Positions 1 through 14,130 of a DNA stretch of 64,000 nucleotides are shown here, in pieces. Under the pieces are notes generated by a model. That model saw only the letters and a program-made list of their open reading frames with translations. It ran no database searches and was not told the origin of the DNA. The DNA comes from Octopus vulgaris (Eukaryota). Made by a program: the position numbers and the translations under genes. The stretch covers positions 49,042,001 to 49,106,000 of the forward strand of contig OX597815.1 in assembly GCA_951406725.2 (NCBI GenBank), given 5' to 3'. The number at the start of each line of letters is the position of its first letter. Position 1 is the first letter of the stretch.

Positions 1-325
1 ATAAATAGGTATTTTTCGTTTGCCGCCACATTCTGAGTTCAAATCCCGCCGAGGTCGACTTTGCCTTTCATCCTTTCGGGGTCGATTAAATAAATACCAG
101 CTGCGCACTGGGGTCGATATAATCGACTTAATCCGTTTGTCTGTTCTTGTTTGTCCTCTCTGTGTTTAGCCCATTGTGGGTAGTAAAGAAATAGGTATTT
201 TTCGTCTGCCGCTACGTTCTGAGTTCAAATTCGTCCGAGTTAGACTTTAGCTTTTATCCTTTCCGAGTCAATAAAATAAGTGCAATTTGAGCAGTGGGTC
301 GATGTAATCGACTGAACTACTCCCA
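1..325 (+). mobile_element. tRNA-derived SINE family A, tandem body units (5' end outside window)
   Basis: B-box-like GAGTTCAAAT, core GCCTTTCATCCTTTCGGGGTCGATTAAATAA and tail GGGTAGTAAAGAAATAGG, followed by a second body unit; many copies across the window. Confidence 0.85.
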
Positions 326-1889
326 GGTATGTATAAAAACTGCATCCCTCTGCCGAGCCACGTCAGGCCAGTGTGGTAGAGAAGGCGCATCGATCCAATA
401 TGATTTTAAGCTCAGATTCACGGTTTCCTTATCAGACCGTGGCAGGTGGAAAGAGTCAGGCTTATCAAATTATTCGACATGATAATGATTTGATACGTAT
501 TTGAAACCTATCATTAGAATTGCTTTTCTTGAGCAAATCATAACTGAGGGTACCCCATTTGCCTAGCTCTGGTATGATCTCACACGATATAACAGTTTAA
601 TCCATAAGCTTATTTTCAATTATCTTGCAGCTATGAGTTCAATGAAGTTCATATGTCTTTTTCGAAGGTTTATCTTTTGAGCCTGAAAGCAATATCCATC
701 AAAAGTTTAATGTCGAATAGTAAGTTGTTACAAGGTTTGAGGTCACTTAGACGGAAACAGTTAATCGAAATACACTTGATTGAAAGTAGTCGTACGAAAA
801 ATAACAAATAAAAAACAAACAAAAAAAACTGATAGAATAGTTGCTCGAAGCAGCAAAAGGATTATAAACAAAATATTCCCAAAACTGGAAAATAGATTAA
901 AGATAAAAAATTATTTCATGTTTATTTAAAATAATTTTTCGTTTATTAAAATGGTAATCAATATATAATTTTACGTTAGAGGCAACTGTACATTCGTGTA
1001 ACTGCACACACGTATATATACAATTGCACGCGTGTATGTATCGTGTTCATGTTAACTGTATAAAAATCACTGGTGTTTAGATTGCTGACATAAAGCTGAC
1101 ACACAAACTCATAAAATCCAGAACGAATTTTTATATTTTGATAAAACGGATTATCTAAATAAAATGTGAAATTGTGTAACCTTATTTAAACATTTTGATA
1201 GTTATTTTAATTATTTTAGTATTCATTATAATTCGATTATTGCTGATTCAAGTAATTGTTTTTGTCAGTAACCTTCGGTAAATTGTATTTCGATAACTCT
1301 TCATACACTGTAGTTAAACACAGCAGCCATCTCACGTAGCTCTTTAATCACAACCATTGTCTAAACCTAATGACAATGTAACACAATAACTAGCAGCTAG
1401 GTGAACTACAAGATTGTAGAATAAAATCTTATTTAGAAATATATCAACTCATTGTAGTAGTTTATTTAATCTTATGATCCATGAGCAGGCAGTCCAATCA
1501 CTTTATCTACGATGGGGCCTCTATCAACCGAAGGCTTATAACGCTCACATTCATTTGCATATAATGTATGGCTTACTCATCACTTATATATTTCTCCATT
1601 TAAATATATCTTTGGAATTGATGCCATCATTTCTTAGACTAATATTCATAAGTAAACTCACTAATCATTGCTGTACTACCATGAAAGCAACATTTCTTCT
1701 TTGAATTCACTAATAAGATTATTGTGTCCTCTTCAAAACTGTTGTTCTATTGACCTAGGTCAACCATGATCAAGTAAATCTACGATCAAATAAATTCCTG
1801 GCCGTAACAACAGTTTCTTATATTTATATATAGTAAATTTTTTATCTCAGACGGTCATTAATGATCACGGATCAAGATCCTAGTTGTCT

Positions 1890-2250
1890 ACCTTACTGGA
1901 ACAGAGTTGTCTGTAGCTGAATAATCTGATGCGCAAATGACAGTCTCTGTCACACAAGCTGCACTTGTTGGCCGTCGGGTTCTATCCCTCCGGTACAGAT
2001 TGTTTAGTGGGATCCAAGTTTGAGTAATTATGCTATGGAAGATAGACTGCTGCCCATGCAGTGTATACCTCCTCTCCACGTCACTGATGGAAGCAAGGGT
2101 CGTTACAATTTGGCTTCAACTTCGTCGTAGGAGTTGCCAGAATGAGGCTGTAGACAACGTCGAACTACCTCAGAAACTCCGACACGCGATTTTTCCTCAG
2201 GGTATACCTCTAAAGTTTTTTTCACAGCCGAGCTTGGCTGTGAGGGAGCA
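1890..2250 (-). mobile_element. RTE-clade LINE 5'UTR-like fragment
   Basis: Minus strand GAGGAAAAATCGCG...TTCTGGCAACTCCTACGACG...GTGGAGAGGAGG...GCATGGGCAGCAG resembles RTE 5'UTRs and aligns by eye with the body of SINE family B (42930-43050). Confidence 0.55.
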
Positions 2251-2787
2251 GGTATTATTTAGATGTCTTCTTTTAAGGTGGTAGAGAGTGATTTGAGGGG
2301 TATTTGGTTTCTATTTCGAGGAGATAAAAACTCCTTCTTAAGCTTGTCCCCCAAACTATTTATTCTGACAACAATTCTGTCTGCTTTACTTCAACTAAAA
2401 CATTTTGTCATTTAGTTTTGTTATTCATCGTTTGGGGAAACAAAAATGTAAAATTCTTTTGAAATCTTTAAAATCTTTGCTTAGTGAGTTATTTATTCAA
2501 AACATCTCTCCTGACATCGCTACCAACCAAAACCATAACATCTGTTTTTTGATGCTAACAAGAGATAAACCAGTTTACTTTGCAAGATCAGCTCATTCTG
2601 GTCTACGTTAAGTCAAATATTTCAGAAGACTGAGACGCATCTGGACAATTTTTCTCTGAATATTATGTAACAATTTTGTTCTGACTTTTCAAATGTTTTT
2701 TGTTATCGTTATTGTTTTTTTTGTTTTGTTTCTTTTTCATCGTAGAGACAGTCAAAATAACTGCAATGAAACTTCGCGTAACAGAGG

Positions 2788-2947
2788 TGCAGGCATAGTT
2801 ATGTGCTTAGAAAGTTCTCTTTGGAGCCACGTCAGTCTGCGTACGATTCCATTGTGCAGCACTCGGGGAACGTGGTTTCTGCTTGTAGCCTAGGGTTGAA
2901 CAGTCCTTTGTCAGTGGAATTTGAAAGATGGACAGCGTCCAGAAGCA
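2788..2947 (+). mobile_element. Degenerate SINE family C 5' half
   Basis: Diverged match to the head and core of the 34643-35042 copy. Confidence 0.55.
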
Positions 2948-3539
2948 TAATACTTACATATGCATGCACTTACATACGTATGTATATGACTCTGCGGAAT
3001 TAAACATGTACGGATGAATGGCTAGATGTGGAATACAGGCTTTATGGAATTGGCACCGTGGACGTCACCTAGATGATAGGTAACAGTTCAAAATCGTTAG
3101 TTCAGCATTATCTACTTATGAGAGGAACCATGGGCAACACATTGTACAAGGCAATCCGAAGAAAGGTAATTTAGAGGATAAAAACGTAAGAAACTGCAAT
3201 AATATGGAGGACACAATCATTCATATTATGAACGTCTACTAACAATGAAAACTTTTCAGTTACTTCATCCAGATTATAACCGGAGATTTATACATGTAAT
3301 TACTGGGTCACTTGATTGTGTAATTAATTGTCTGGAGACCTCCTCCTGGCTTGTGAAGCACCAGTTTGGTGCTTCACAACACCATAAAGGACATGGTTAA
3401 TTAGAAATGGCATTATAAACATATATGTAAAACATTTAAAAAATATAGTATGTAATATATGGATGTATATACGTGTAGATACGTATTCACAACCGTAATC
3501 AAACTATATAGATCCATACATACAATGATATCTATGCTT

Positions 3540-3645
3540 ACATATACATACATACATACATACATGCATACATACATACATACATACATACATACATACA
3601 TACATACATACATACATACATACATACATACATACATACATACAC
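3540..3645. repeat. (TACA)n microsatellite
   Basis: Direct reading. Confidence 0.95.
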
Positions 3646-3661
3646 ATGCATGCATGCATTC

Positions 3662-4920
3662 TATAAGTTCTGACCGAATTTTGAATAAAGAAAACAAGTG
3701 ATCAAAAGTTATATTTAATTGAAATTTAATCATCAATATTCTTTCCCTGATTATCTATGACTTCCTTCCATCTATTTACAAACTTTTTAATCCCATCAAT
3801 GTACAACTCTTTTGGTTTCAAAGCGAAAACTCTGAAATGTCGTTTTCGACTTCCTCCTGGCTTACGAAAGTTATATCCCCCAAATGATTCTGTAAACTAG
3901 AAACAAATGGTAGTCTGAAGGAGCAAGATCGGGAGAATAAGGTGGATGAGGAATTTTTTTCCCAACCAAGCTCTTCGATCTTCTGTGATGTGATCTTTGC
4001 AGTGTGGGGTCGCGCATTGTCCTGATGAAACATCACTCCTTTTCGATTCACTAAAGGGGGTCATTTTTTCTTCAAAGCTTGGTTCAAACGCTCTAATTGT
4101 TGATAGTAGACTTGAGCATTGACTGTTGCATTGGGTGGTAACAATTCAAAGTGAATTACTCCTTTGCGATCCTACCAGATAGACAGAAGAACCTTTTTCT
4201 CATGAAGTTCCCTTCTCGGTTGTGGTTGAGTTTTTTCCTTTTTACCAAGCCACTATTTACATTTAACATTTCGATAGAAGATCCACTTTTCGTCACCAGT
4301 CTATCCAAAAAGGGTGAAATGACTTCGTGAGAATGGAGAGAAGAGTAGATATCAACTTGTGATTTGCGGTTGCTTTCGGACAATTCAAGAGGTACACTTT
4401 TTCCAAGTTTAAGAACCTTTCCAAGTTGTTGAAGATGACGGTGAACAGTTGTATGGCTTGAACTAAGCTTTTTTGCCAGTTCTTCAACTGATAATGCAGG
4501 ATTTTCTTCAAGTAATGCTTCAAGAAGCTTATCATCAAACTCAACTGGACGTCTAGTTCGATCTTCATCTTCAAAGCTGAAATCTCCACTTCTGAATTTT
4601 GCAAACCATCTTCTGGAAATTCTTTCATTCAAGCATTCTTTCCCATAAACTGAGTGTATGTATCGAGTCGCTACCGCTGCAGAGTTTCTTTTTTTGTACT
4701 CACAAAGCATTATGTGCCTTAAATAGTCTTTGGATACTTTCATGTTAGAAAGGGCTTTAATTTTAATTCTATTATTCTGTAAAATAATATTTAATTAGTT
4801 TAAATGTACACAAATGCATAAAAATGATTTTTAATTCCATTAGACATTCTAAAATACTATTAAATTTCATTCAACTTTAAAATAGGTAAAATCGGCCAGA
4901 ACCTATGGGATGATTTGATA
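3662..4920 (-). mobile_element. Mariner DNA transposon, near full length, decayed
   Basis: Right TIR AAATCGGCCAGAACCTATGGGATGATTTGATA followed by TA; partial left TIR CTATAAGTTCTGACCGAATTT; internal transposase. Confidence 0.9.
3727..4743 (-). pseudogene. Mariner (DD34D-type) transposase pseudogene
   Basis: HTH N-terminus (RRWFAKFRSGDFS), WVPHEL-like SVPLEL, FLDRLVT, HQDNARPH and HPPYSPDLAPSDYHL, spread over frameshifted frames. Confidence 0.93.
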
Positions 4921-4964
4921 TATATACATACATTCATATATACATACACATATATATATATATA

Positions 4965-5049
<85 letters not shown>

Positions 5050-5054
<5 letters not shown>

Positions 5055-5257
5055 TATATATATATGTATGTATATATGAATGTATGTATATATATCAAAT
5101 CATCCCATAGGTTCTGGCCGATTTTACCTATTTTAAAGTTGAATGAAATTTAATAGTATTTTAGAATGTCTAATGGAATTAAAAATTATTTTTATGCATT
5201 TGTGTACATTTAAACTAATTAAATATTATTTTACAGAATAATAGAATTAAAATTAAA
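5050..5257 (+). repeat. Inverted duplication of the mariner 5' end plus flank (mirror of 4756-4965)
   Basis: Near-perfect reverse complement including the TIR and the flanking TACATACATTCATATATACATAC. Confidence 0.9.
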
Positions 5258-5365
5258 ACCACGCGATTAACCAGTTGATGTGATCTAAATTCCGGTGAGA
5301 CAGCTTGCTTTCTGGGTTAGAAACAGGGTGCAGCACTTGCCAGTAATCTAGATACATCATCATCA

Positions 5366-5409
<44 letters not shown>

Positions 5410-6249
5410 TCTCTCTCACTCTCGTAGTTTAGTTGTATTAAAGTATTTAAAACACGTCATTCCTCACCAAAAGATAGACTAGTATATGAAACTGCTTTCC
5501 GCAATTAAGGGTTACGAAATTTTGAGTAGACATGTTTTCGGCAGTATAAAGATTAAACACAGATTCACACTTCGATAGCTGAAATATAACATTCCAAAAA
5601 CCTGTCAAGACTTACCTCCTCACAAGATCCCTGCTTAAATTATCCAAGATCACTTTCACCTGCTAATTTTACTGGTGTAAACATTCTGCAACAGTCAGTA
5701 CAGAAGTAAAACTCATTTCCATAGGCATTCACGGGAACATTTATGAAAACTAGACTAAAATTCAGAGAAGTATTGACCCACGTGGAATTGATGTATTTAA
5801 TGGAGACTACATGGGAAGTGTGACCTGAAAATGTGACATTTTAGAATTTTCTGCTAAAGTATTTTGCAATCTGCTTTTGCAGTTGCTCACCTAACTTCTT
5901 GGATTTCGACTGATTTTAGATCTCTTATACCAGACTGTTTCAGAAACTCTGCTGAAGGCCAGATCTATGAAAATTTACCCTTCATTCTATGAACAGCGAC
6001 ATACCATAACCCAGTAGGCATTAACCATCATTCCAACAATAGTAAAAACGAGTAACGGTAGCAACCGTGACAACACCAAAGCGAAAACACGCGAAAAACT
6101 CGAACTGAACACAATGGTAAACATCTGTCCAATTACAACGAAAGTTAGAACGGGAACAGCAAGAACAACAACAGTAACAATACTAACAATAACCACGACA
6201 ACACTGAAGAAATACAAAAAGAAAATCCCAAATAACTTTATGCTATACG

Positions 6250-6456
6250 CTTCAAATTTTGGCACAAGACCATCAAGTTTGGGAGAGGAACTGAGTCGAT
6301 TACAGCGACCCCAGTGCACAACTGATACATATTTTATCGATCCCGAAAGGATAAAAGGCAAAGTTGGCCACGGTGGCATTGAGCTCGGAATATAAAGACG
6401 AAGTGCCTCTAAGCATTTTGCTTGGCATGCTAACGATTCTGTCAGCTTGCTGCTTT
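6250..6456 (-). mobile_element. SINE family A
   Basis: Head-to-tail match to family A in reverse orientation. Confidence 0.8.
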
Positions 6457-6837
6457 AAATAACTTTATAATATAAATCACCATGTTTACAGTTATTCTTT
6501 ATAGGTACAGAAACCTTTTCGAGATTCAACAGTAAATTATATCGACCAGAGTAGCATAAAAGCGTTTGTTTTATCGATCCCGGTCGATCTTGGCAGGATT
6601 TGAAGGATTTTGCCCGACGCCTTAACAATTCTGCCAATAAACAAGGCTACGCTGTTTACAACAACAACAACACTCGCACTAACCGATGTGGTGTTTTCTA
6701 TGAGGTCATGCAAGTTGTTAAATACAGCATCCGAAGAAATCTTAAATTACACATTCTACCTTTATAAAAGAGGAAGGACACATTAGATAATGCAGTTTTA
6801 GATATACTTTTTTAAAAAATGATAGTCATGGCTGGAA

Positions 6838-6905
6838 TTTAATTTTAATTCTATTATTCTGTAAAATAATATTCAATTTTAAAAAAGGTAAAATCGGTCA
6901 GAACT
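6838..6905 (-). mobile_element. Internally deleted fragment of the same mariner end
   Basis: TTTAATTTTAATTCTATTATTCTGTAAAATAATATT joined to AGGTAAAATCGGTCAGAAC. Confidence 0.7.
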
Positions 6906-7195
6906 GACTCAGGGCTAAACAAAAATACTAGTTTGTACTACGATTTTGATAATTGTTTTAGCTCTATGCAGTAGCGAATGGGCATAGACACTCGCTCGAC
7001 TCTCCAAGTCACTCACTTTCATCCAGAGGAACATTTTCAGGTGAATAGAATGGAGTATCGTAAAATGGAATGTATTGCTCGAAGATATAATGCACCTCCC
7101 CGCATCGCCCAGGAATCGAAACTACAACCATGCGATCATGAGCTCAGCAACTCAGCCACTAGGCCACGTACTTTCATAAAGAGTATGGGTAAAAG

Positions 7196-7520
7196 AACCC
7201 CTTCGGTCATGAATGACCATAGGTTTGCACCTAGAAATTTACCCTCCGAGGAACGAGTCCGGGTAAGTTTGTTTCTGGAAGACCAACAGTTGCCCATGCA
7301 TACCAGCTTCCTCTCTCCACGCCACTGATGTTGTCCAAGAGAAAGGTAAAGGTTGATACAGCATGGCATCAGTGATGTCACAACTCATTTCTACAGCTGA
7401 GTGAACTGGAGCAACATGAAATAAAGTGTTTTGTTCAAGAACACAACACACAGCCCGATCCGGGAATCGAACTCACTACCTCACGATTGTGAGAGTGACA
7501 CTCTAACCACTGAGCCACGC
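7196..7520 (-). mobile_element. tRNA-derived SINE family B, full length
   Basis: Reverse complement of 42775-43104; head GCGTGGCTCAGTGGTTAGAG, B-box GAGTTCGATTCC. Confidence 0.85.
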
Positions 7521-8399
7521 CTCTTCACTTTCATAACAGCAGCATTAATAACATAACATTATCATTAACAATAACATTAGAAGTGACTAATACTGGTTTC
7601 TAACTTCGGCCCAAGATCAGCAACCCCACCAAATGACTGGTATTTTATTTTATTGATTCGAAAAGATGAAAGGCAAAGTTAACCTTAGCGAAATTTGAAT
7701 TCAGAGTGCAGAATTGGAACAAAGAACAAATACTGCAGGGCATTCTTTCCAATATTCTATCGACTCTGCCAAAAGCAACAGTATCAGCAGTAACGGCGGC
7801 AGCAGCACCAACAGCAGCCGTCCAAGAATTTGGACCTGGAGATCTCCATTTCCAGCGACTTCGAGGGCTACCTCCCAGTGGTGTCGGGCGTCAACGAAGA
7901 GCCTTCGACTACAACAAGACGACCGAAGTTTTTTTCCCAAGGTCTGGGTCTCCTGTCCCTAAGCCCTAGACCATCACTTACTCACCCTTACCCATCTTGT
8001 TGCTTAACAACAACAACAACAAACACTAACAGCAATAACTGCAGCAATACTAATAATTGTTTCTGATTTAGGTACAAGGCCAGAAATTTTTAGGGATTGG
8101 TGATTAGTCGACACTATCGCCTCCAGCACTTGACTAGTATTTTATTTTATGGACCCCGAAAGGATAATGAAAGACAAATTTGACCTCGACGGGATTCGAA
8201 CTCAGAACGTAAAAGAGTCGGAACAAATACTGTGAAGCATTCTATCTGACACTCTAATGACTCTACCAAAACCACATCGTCATCGTCGTCAATACCAGCA
8301 ACAAAAGCACTAATATTAAGAACACTCACTACATCAATATCAATAAAATTTCTCATCAGACATTTCTTATAAAACAAAATATTTGATAGCTATAACTTG

Positions 8400-9420
8400 A
8401 TTGAACAGCTCTGTTCGATACAGTTCAATTTCTCAACAAACCTTCCTCTATCTTATCACACAATATCCTTCTTTCCTTCTACAAATCAATCTCTTCAATA
8501 AAACCTCTTTATCTCTTCACGTCTAGAAACTCTGCCTTGTCTCTCAACAAATCCGCTGCTGTCCCTTTACAAACTCTACCCTCTCTCCTTGCAAAATTTC
8601 CCCTCCTCTGTAAACTCTCCTTTGTCCCTCTAGAAACCATTTTCAACCTTCTGCAAATCCTCCCCTATCCCTCTACAAACCACCCTCATCGTCACCTACA
8701 AAACCTACTTCAATCTTCTACAAAATAACTCCCATTCCTCGACAAATCCTCCTATATTTTTCTATAAACCTTCCTCTATCCTTCTTCAAACCATCGCCAT
8801 CGTCTCCTGCAAATTCTTCTTTAATTTCCTAAACATTCCTTCTATTCCTCCACGATTCTTCCTCTATCCCTCTACAAGTCTTCCCTTATCCCGCTACTAA
8901 CCTTCATCTATCAATCATCACCAACTTCCCCTAAAAATCCTTCTTGAGTCTACAAAATTTCTCCGGTTCCTCTACAATCCCTCTCCATCAATCTACAAAC
9001 CTTCCAACATCGCCTCCAAATAATTCTCCTTTAATCTTCTATAAACCCTACGAACCCTCTACGAACCCTCGCTCATCTCTCTACATATCACCACATATGT
9101 CTACATCTATGCTGTTTCCGCCCCTTCCACTATCTCCCTTGAAACCATTCCCATTGTCTCCTATAAATTGTTCTTTAATTCCCTTAACATTCCTCCTATT
9201 CCCCCTTCTCCAATCTACAGAATCCCTCCAGTTCCTCTACAATTCTCCCCCATCAATCTACAAACCTTCCAGCATCGTCCCCTAATAATCCTTCTTTGAT
9301 CTTCAGCAAAATCCCTCCTATTCCTCTACGAACCCTCGCCCATCTCCCTACATATCACCACATAGCTACATTTATGCTTTTGCCCCACTCTAATCCCTTA
9401 CCGTCTTACAAATTCTTTGC
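8400..9420. repeat. Degenerate C/T-rich minisatellite (CCTCTACAAA-like units) with an internal ~150-bp duplication
   Basis: Recurrent TCTACAAA/TCCCTCT units; 8985-9135 resembles 9250-9390. Confidence 0.75.
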
Positions 9421-9464
9421 CTCATTTCCTCACTAGACCACCAGCCAAAGAGTCAGTCAGACAA

Positions 9465-9980
9465 GCAACCACCACCACCATCATTGTGACACCACCACCA
9501 CCATCACCACCATCATCACCACCATCATCACCACCATCATCACCACCACCATCACTACAATTACCACAACCACCACCACCACCACCATCACCACCACCAC
9601 CACCACTACAACATCCACCACTTCAACCGCAATCAATACTCCCGCACACACCACTACCGTAACCACCATGATCCCATTACCACCATCGCCACCACTAACA
9701 CCGCCACCATTTACCATCCACATCAACATCTTTCACTACCATTATCATCATCATCATTGCGAATGCCTTTATCGCTACCACTTTCAACGTTAGCATCACC
9801 ACCACCACCACCACCACCACCACCACCTCCACCACCAAGCCTATCGCCACCATTCTCCTCACCGTCATTAACCACTGACTTCATCATTATCCGCGCAGAC
9901 GACGACGACGACCGCCGCCGCCACCACCACCACCACCACCACCACCACCACCACCACCACCACCACAACCACCACCCCTT
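9465..9980. repeat. (CAC/CAT)n low-complexity tract
   Basis: Direct reading. Confidence 0.9.
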
Positions 9981-10874
9981 GCCAACCAGCTAACGACGCA
10001 GCCTGTCAAATATCTTAAACACACACTGACACATTCCGAATATAAAGCAATATAAATTTTAACACTTTTTAATAATAATTTTCTTCGGTCTTCTTTATTC
10101 GTTCGCTAATTTATCCGTTAATTAACTTATCCATTAATCCATTTATTCCTATTTCTTTATTTGATGACCGTTTTCCTTTCTTTTATAGTTGTCATTGTTA
10201 TTTTCGTTATTATTGTTTTGTTTTTTGTTATTTTCTTTTTTTAGCTATTTTGTTCTTTGTACCAAAGCGGCTCGATTCCTTTTTGTTTGATGTAGCTTAC
10301 CTGTGTGTTCACAATGCAAATTTATTCAACTGTGTTAATTGCCATACAAGTGTTAAGACACAGAGATTGTGTATATACGCATGCGTGTACGCGTGTGTAC
10401 GTTTTTGTATGTCTGTGAGTCTTATATTACTTTAGGTTGTTAGCTACATTTCTTTCTCTTTTTTTTTTTTTGCTTTACAAGCAATGTTTTTTTTTTAATT
10501 CTTGTTGTTGTTATGTTCTTTTATTAACTCTAAACAGATGATGTTATCTTGGAGAATATTGCCAATCACCATCTCAGTTCCAACAAAGCCAGCAACTGGC
10601 AGAAAAGACATTAGCACCTTTGCTGACACACTTTAGTTCTGACACCAATCGTTTGGCAATATGCCAGCTGAGCTGACCGAACAGTTAGTTAACAAACCAA
10701 CCATAAAGTCCATTGCTTCATTATATTATACCTTTGCGTTATTATTATCATTATTTATTATCAACATCATCATTATTATTATTGTTATTATCCAGTAGTC
10801 TTATTTTTATTGCATGCTTTCACTGCACTACAGAGCGCAGCTCTGTGTGCCTTTGGTAGGTAGTGTGACTTGTT

Positions 10875-11032
<158 letters not shown>

Positions 11033-11501
11033 AGGGGAGCTGGCAGAATCATTACTGCGCTGATCAAAATGCCTAGCAGCATTTCGTCCGTCTTTAAGTT
11101 CTGAGTTCAAATTCTGTCGAGAATGACTTTGTCTTTCATCCTTCCGTGGTCGATAAAATAAGTACCAGTCAAAAACCGGGGTTGATGTAATCGATTTAAC
11201 CCCCACCCCTAAAATTGCTGGCCTTCTGCAAAAATCTGAAACCATTATTGTGAGCTGGCAGAATCGTCTGCATGCTGAGCAAGATGCTTAGCGGCATTTC
11301 GTCTGTCTTTACGTCTTGAGTTCAAATTCCGTTGAGGTCGATTTTGTCAGTCCTCCTTTTCGGGTCGATGAAATAAGTACAAGTCAAATACTGGGGTCGA
11401 TGTAAACGACTAGACTCATACCCGAAAACTTGAGGCATTGTGCCTATAGTAGAAATGATTGTCATTCTCCTCCTCCTCCTCATCATCACCATCATCATCA
11501 C

Positions 11502-11567
<66 letters not shown>

Positions 11568-11700
11568 TATATGTTCTGAACTCAAATTTAGCCGAGGTTG
11601 ACTATGTCTTTTACACATTTTGGGGTAGATAAAATAAGTACCAGTTGTGCACTGGGGTTAATTACATCGACTTGCACTCTCCCTTATAGCAGAAAGAATT
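11033..11700 (+). mobile_element. Cluster of three SINE family A copies, with a (CAT)n tract between the second and third
   Basis: GAGCTGGCAGAATC heads at ~11037 and ~11252, and a 5'-truncated copy at ~11572. Confidence 0.8.
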
Positions 11701-12772
11701 GTTATTATACAAACTTATCATTACTTAAACTTTTTATCGTTACTTTTTATTGTCTTTGTAGATTTTGATTTATTTAAATGTAAATTGAGGCATTTCGTAT
11801 CAAGAAGAGAATAAAAACCGACATGGTTTGCATAAGATCTTCTTGCGTTTTAATGTCTTTTTTTTTCAAGTTTCTATATCCTATAATTGAACAACAATAA
11901 AAATTATTGCCGTTTTAAATGTTATTATTTTGTCCTTCATTTGATAATCATATTATTATTTCTGTTTTGTTTGTTCTTTAATAATTAATGGACAAAGAAA
12001 AAATGTTTGAAACATTGATATGGAAGAAAAGCCCCAAAGTTGTCGGTCTCAAACAAACAAACACAAAAATATGAAAGTATAGCAGAGATTGGCGCGTGAG
12101 TGTAACAGAATTGAAAGAGGACAGAAAATTATCAGAATTAGGAAATTGTAACAAGTTTTCATTGCATTTGACACCAGCTATCAACACTCTTTCACTCTTT
12201 GTCTCAACAGAAATCTCAGCATATATGGAATTTCACTGGAACCAAACGAGAAAGAGACGGAAGAAATTTCATTAGAAGTTATAATGAATGTACAGTTGGT
12301 GCTACAAAGACTTTTTATCATACGTTTCTTTTATATAATAATCACTTACTTCGTAAAGACAAGAGATAAAGAGATATCACACGAGATATAAAGATATCCC
12401 CAGAGATAAAGAGGGGAAATTGTTGAGCCAGACATGAAAATAAACGAGAAGAAAAAGAAAAGACAACAGAGAAAAATTCTAATACGATGTTAAAAATGAA
12501 CGAAAATCCCAAATGTATAATGACAATGACAATGATATGAAACAGTATAAAGTGGAAATATTAAAAAAATGTTGCTGACACGGATATTGAGGGTTTAACT
12601 ACATTGCCCGTGATTCAGAGTTCACGTCCCATAAGAGAAACGTTTGCCTGAACAAGCTACGTACTTCTTTGTAACAGGAAAGCCACAAACGTTTTATAGT
12701 ACAAGCGGGAATGCTTTGGTTTGATTCAATGAGTAGGAATCAAGACAAAGGGGGAAATATATGTACGAGTGT

Positions 12773-12831
<59 letters not shown>

Positions 12832-13006
12832 ATGGTGACTATTGCGAAATTCAACCGATGTTAGATTCTCAAAGCACAACCAAATTACAAGCATATATAT
12901 ATATACATACATACATATATATATATACAGCCTCACACATATATACATATATGAGCGTATATAAATATATATATATATACATCCTCACACATATATACAT
13001 ATATGA

Positions 13007-13040
<34 letters not shown>

Positions 13041-13157
13041 GCATACATATACTACATATACATGAATGTTTCCGTTATATGTGTACATGAAAGAAAGAAA
13101 AAGAGTGAGAAAGAGACGGAGAATGGGAGAGAATATGTGTGTGTGTGTGAGTGAGAA

Positions 13158-13192
<35 letters not shown>

Positions 13193-13966
13193 GAGAGAGA
13201 TTGTGAATTCAAAATAGAGGTCGTGAATTATTCAAAAATCATTCAATTCTAAGCGAGAGTGAAAGCAGAAATACCAGAGAACCAAGTTAAATATCACACA
13301 GTGTTGCTTCCATATCTCTTCATTCAAAATTCTCTAAAGAGTTAACTTTCCATTTCATCACTTCACTATTGGTATTAGAAGCAGATCCAAGTCATATATT
13401 TGTAAAATAACCATTAGCTTTAAGGGGAAATAGTCTCGGATTTTAGTTTATGGAATGCAGTGGTAAAAAAAATTCCACTGTATTTCTGTCTCTGACTGAA
13501 TCATGAAATAAACGATTGTGACACTGCTGTTGCTAGAACCAATTTTAGATCAGGAGTTAAACTAGGATGAAGCCTTTAAATAAAAGATTTCTGAATTAGA
13601 ATCATTATAAATCAAAGAGGATAATCAAGAAGACAAACAACATTTGATCAACTATTATACAAACAATATTTTCCATTAGAACCATTATTAGAATTATTGT
13701 GCCAGGAACATACAGCTTATATGTGGCTACTAAGGAGATTCTGGTTTCAGATTAACAGAACAATTTGAAATTATGGGGTGGTTAGTTGAGGATTCACATC
13801 GAAATCAATTAGAGTTGAAGACACTTCACAAGCGAGTATCAATGGTCAGCATATCAAGTTTACTAAAGACGAAGAATGCAAGAGAAGCGTTGAAAGTGGA
13901 TCTAAGATCTGGCGGAATATAGTTACAATACATACATACATACATACATACATACATACATACATA

Positions 13967-14000
<34 letters not shown>

Positions 14001-14003
14001 ATA

Positions 14004-14046
<43 letters not shown>

Positions 14047-14076
14047 AAATACACGCACAGACACGCATATCTATGC

Positions 14077-14130
<54 letters not shown>

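Noticed and set aside
2746-2787. Exon candidate after a strong pyrimidine tract
   Set aside because: No good donor; it runs into a SINE head
5616-5824. Minus-strand exon candidate (TTTTCAG...GAG|GTAAGT)
   Set aside because: Stops in all three frames
7810-7970. Moderately GC-rich patch with a hairpin and T7, open in several frames
   Set aside because: Weak stem and no recognisable peptide; probably a TE fragment
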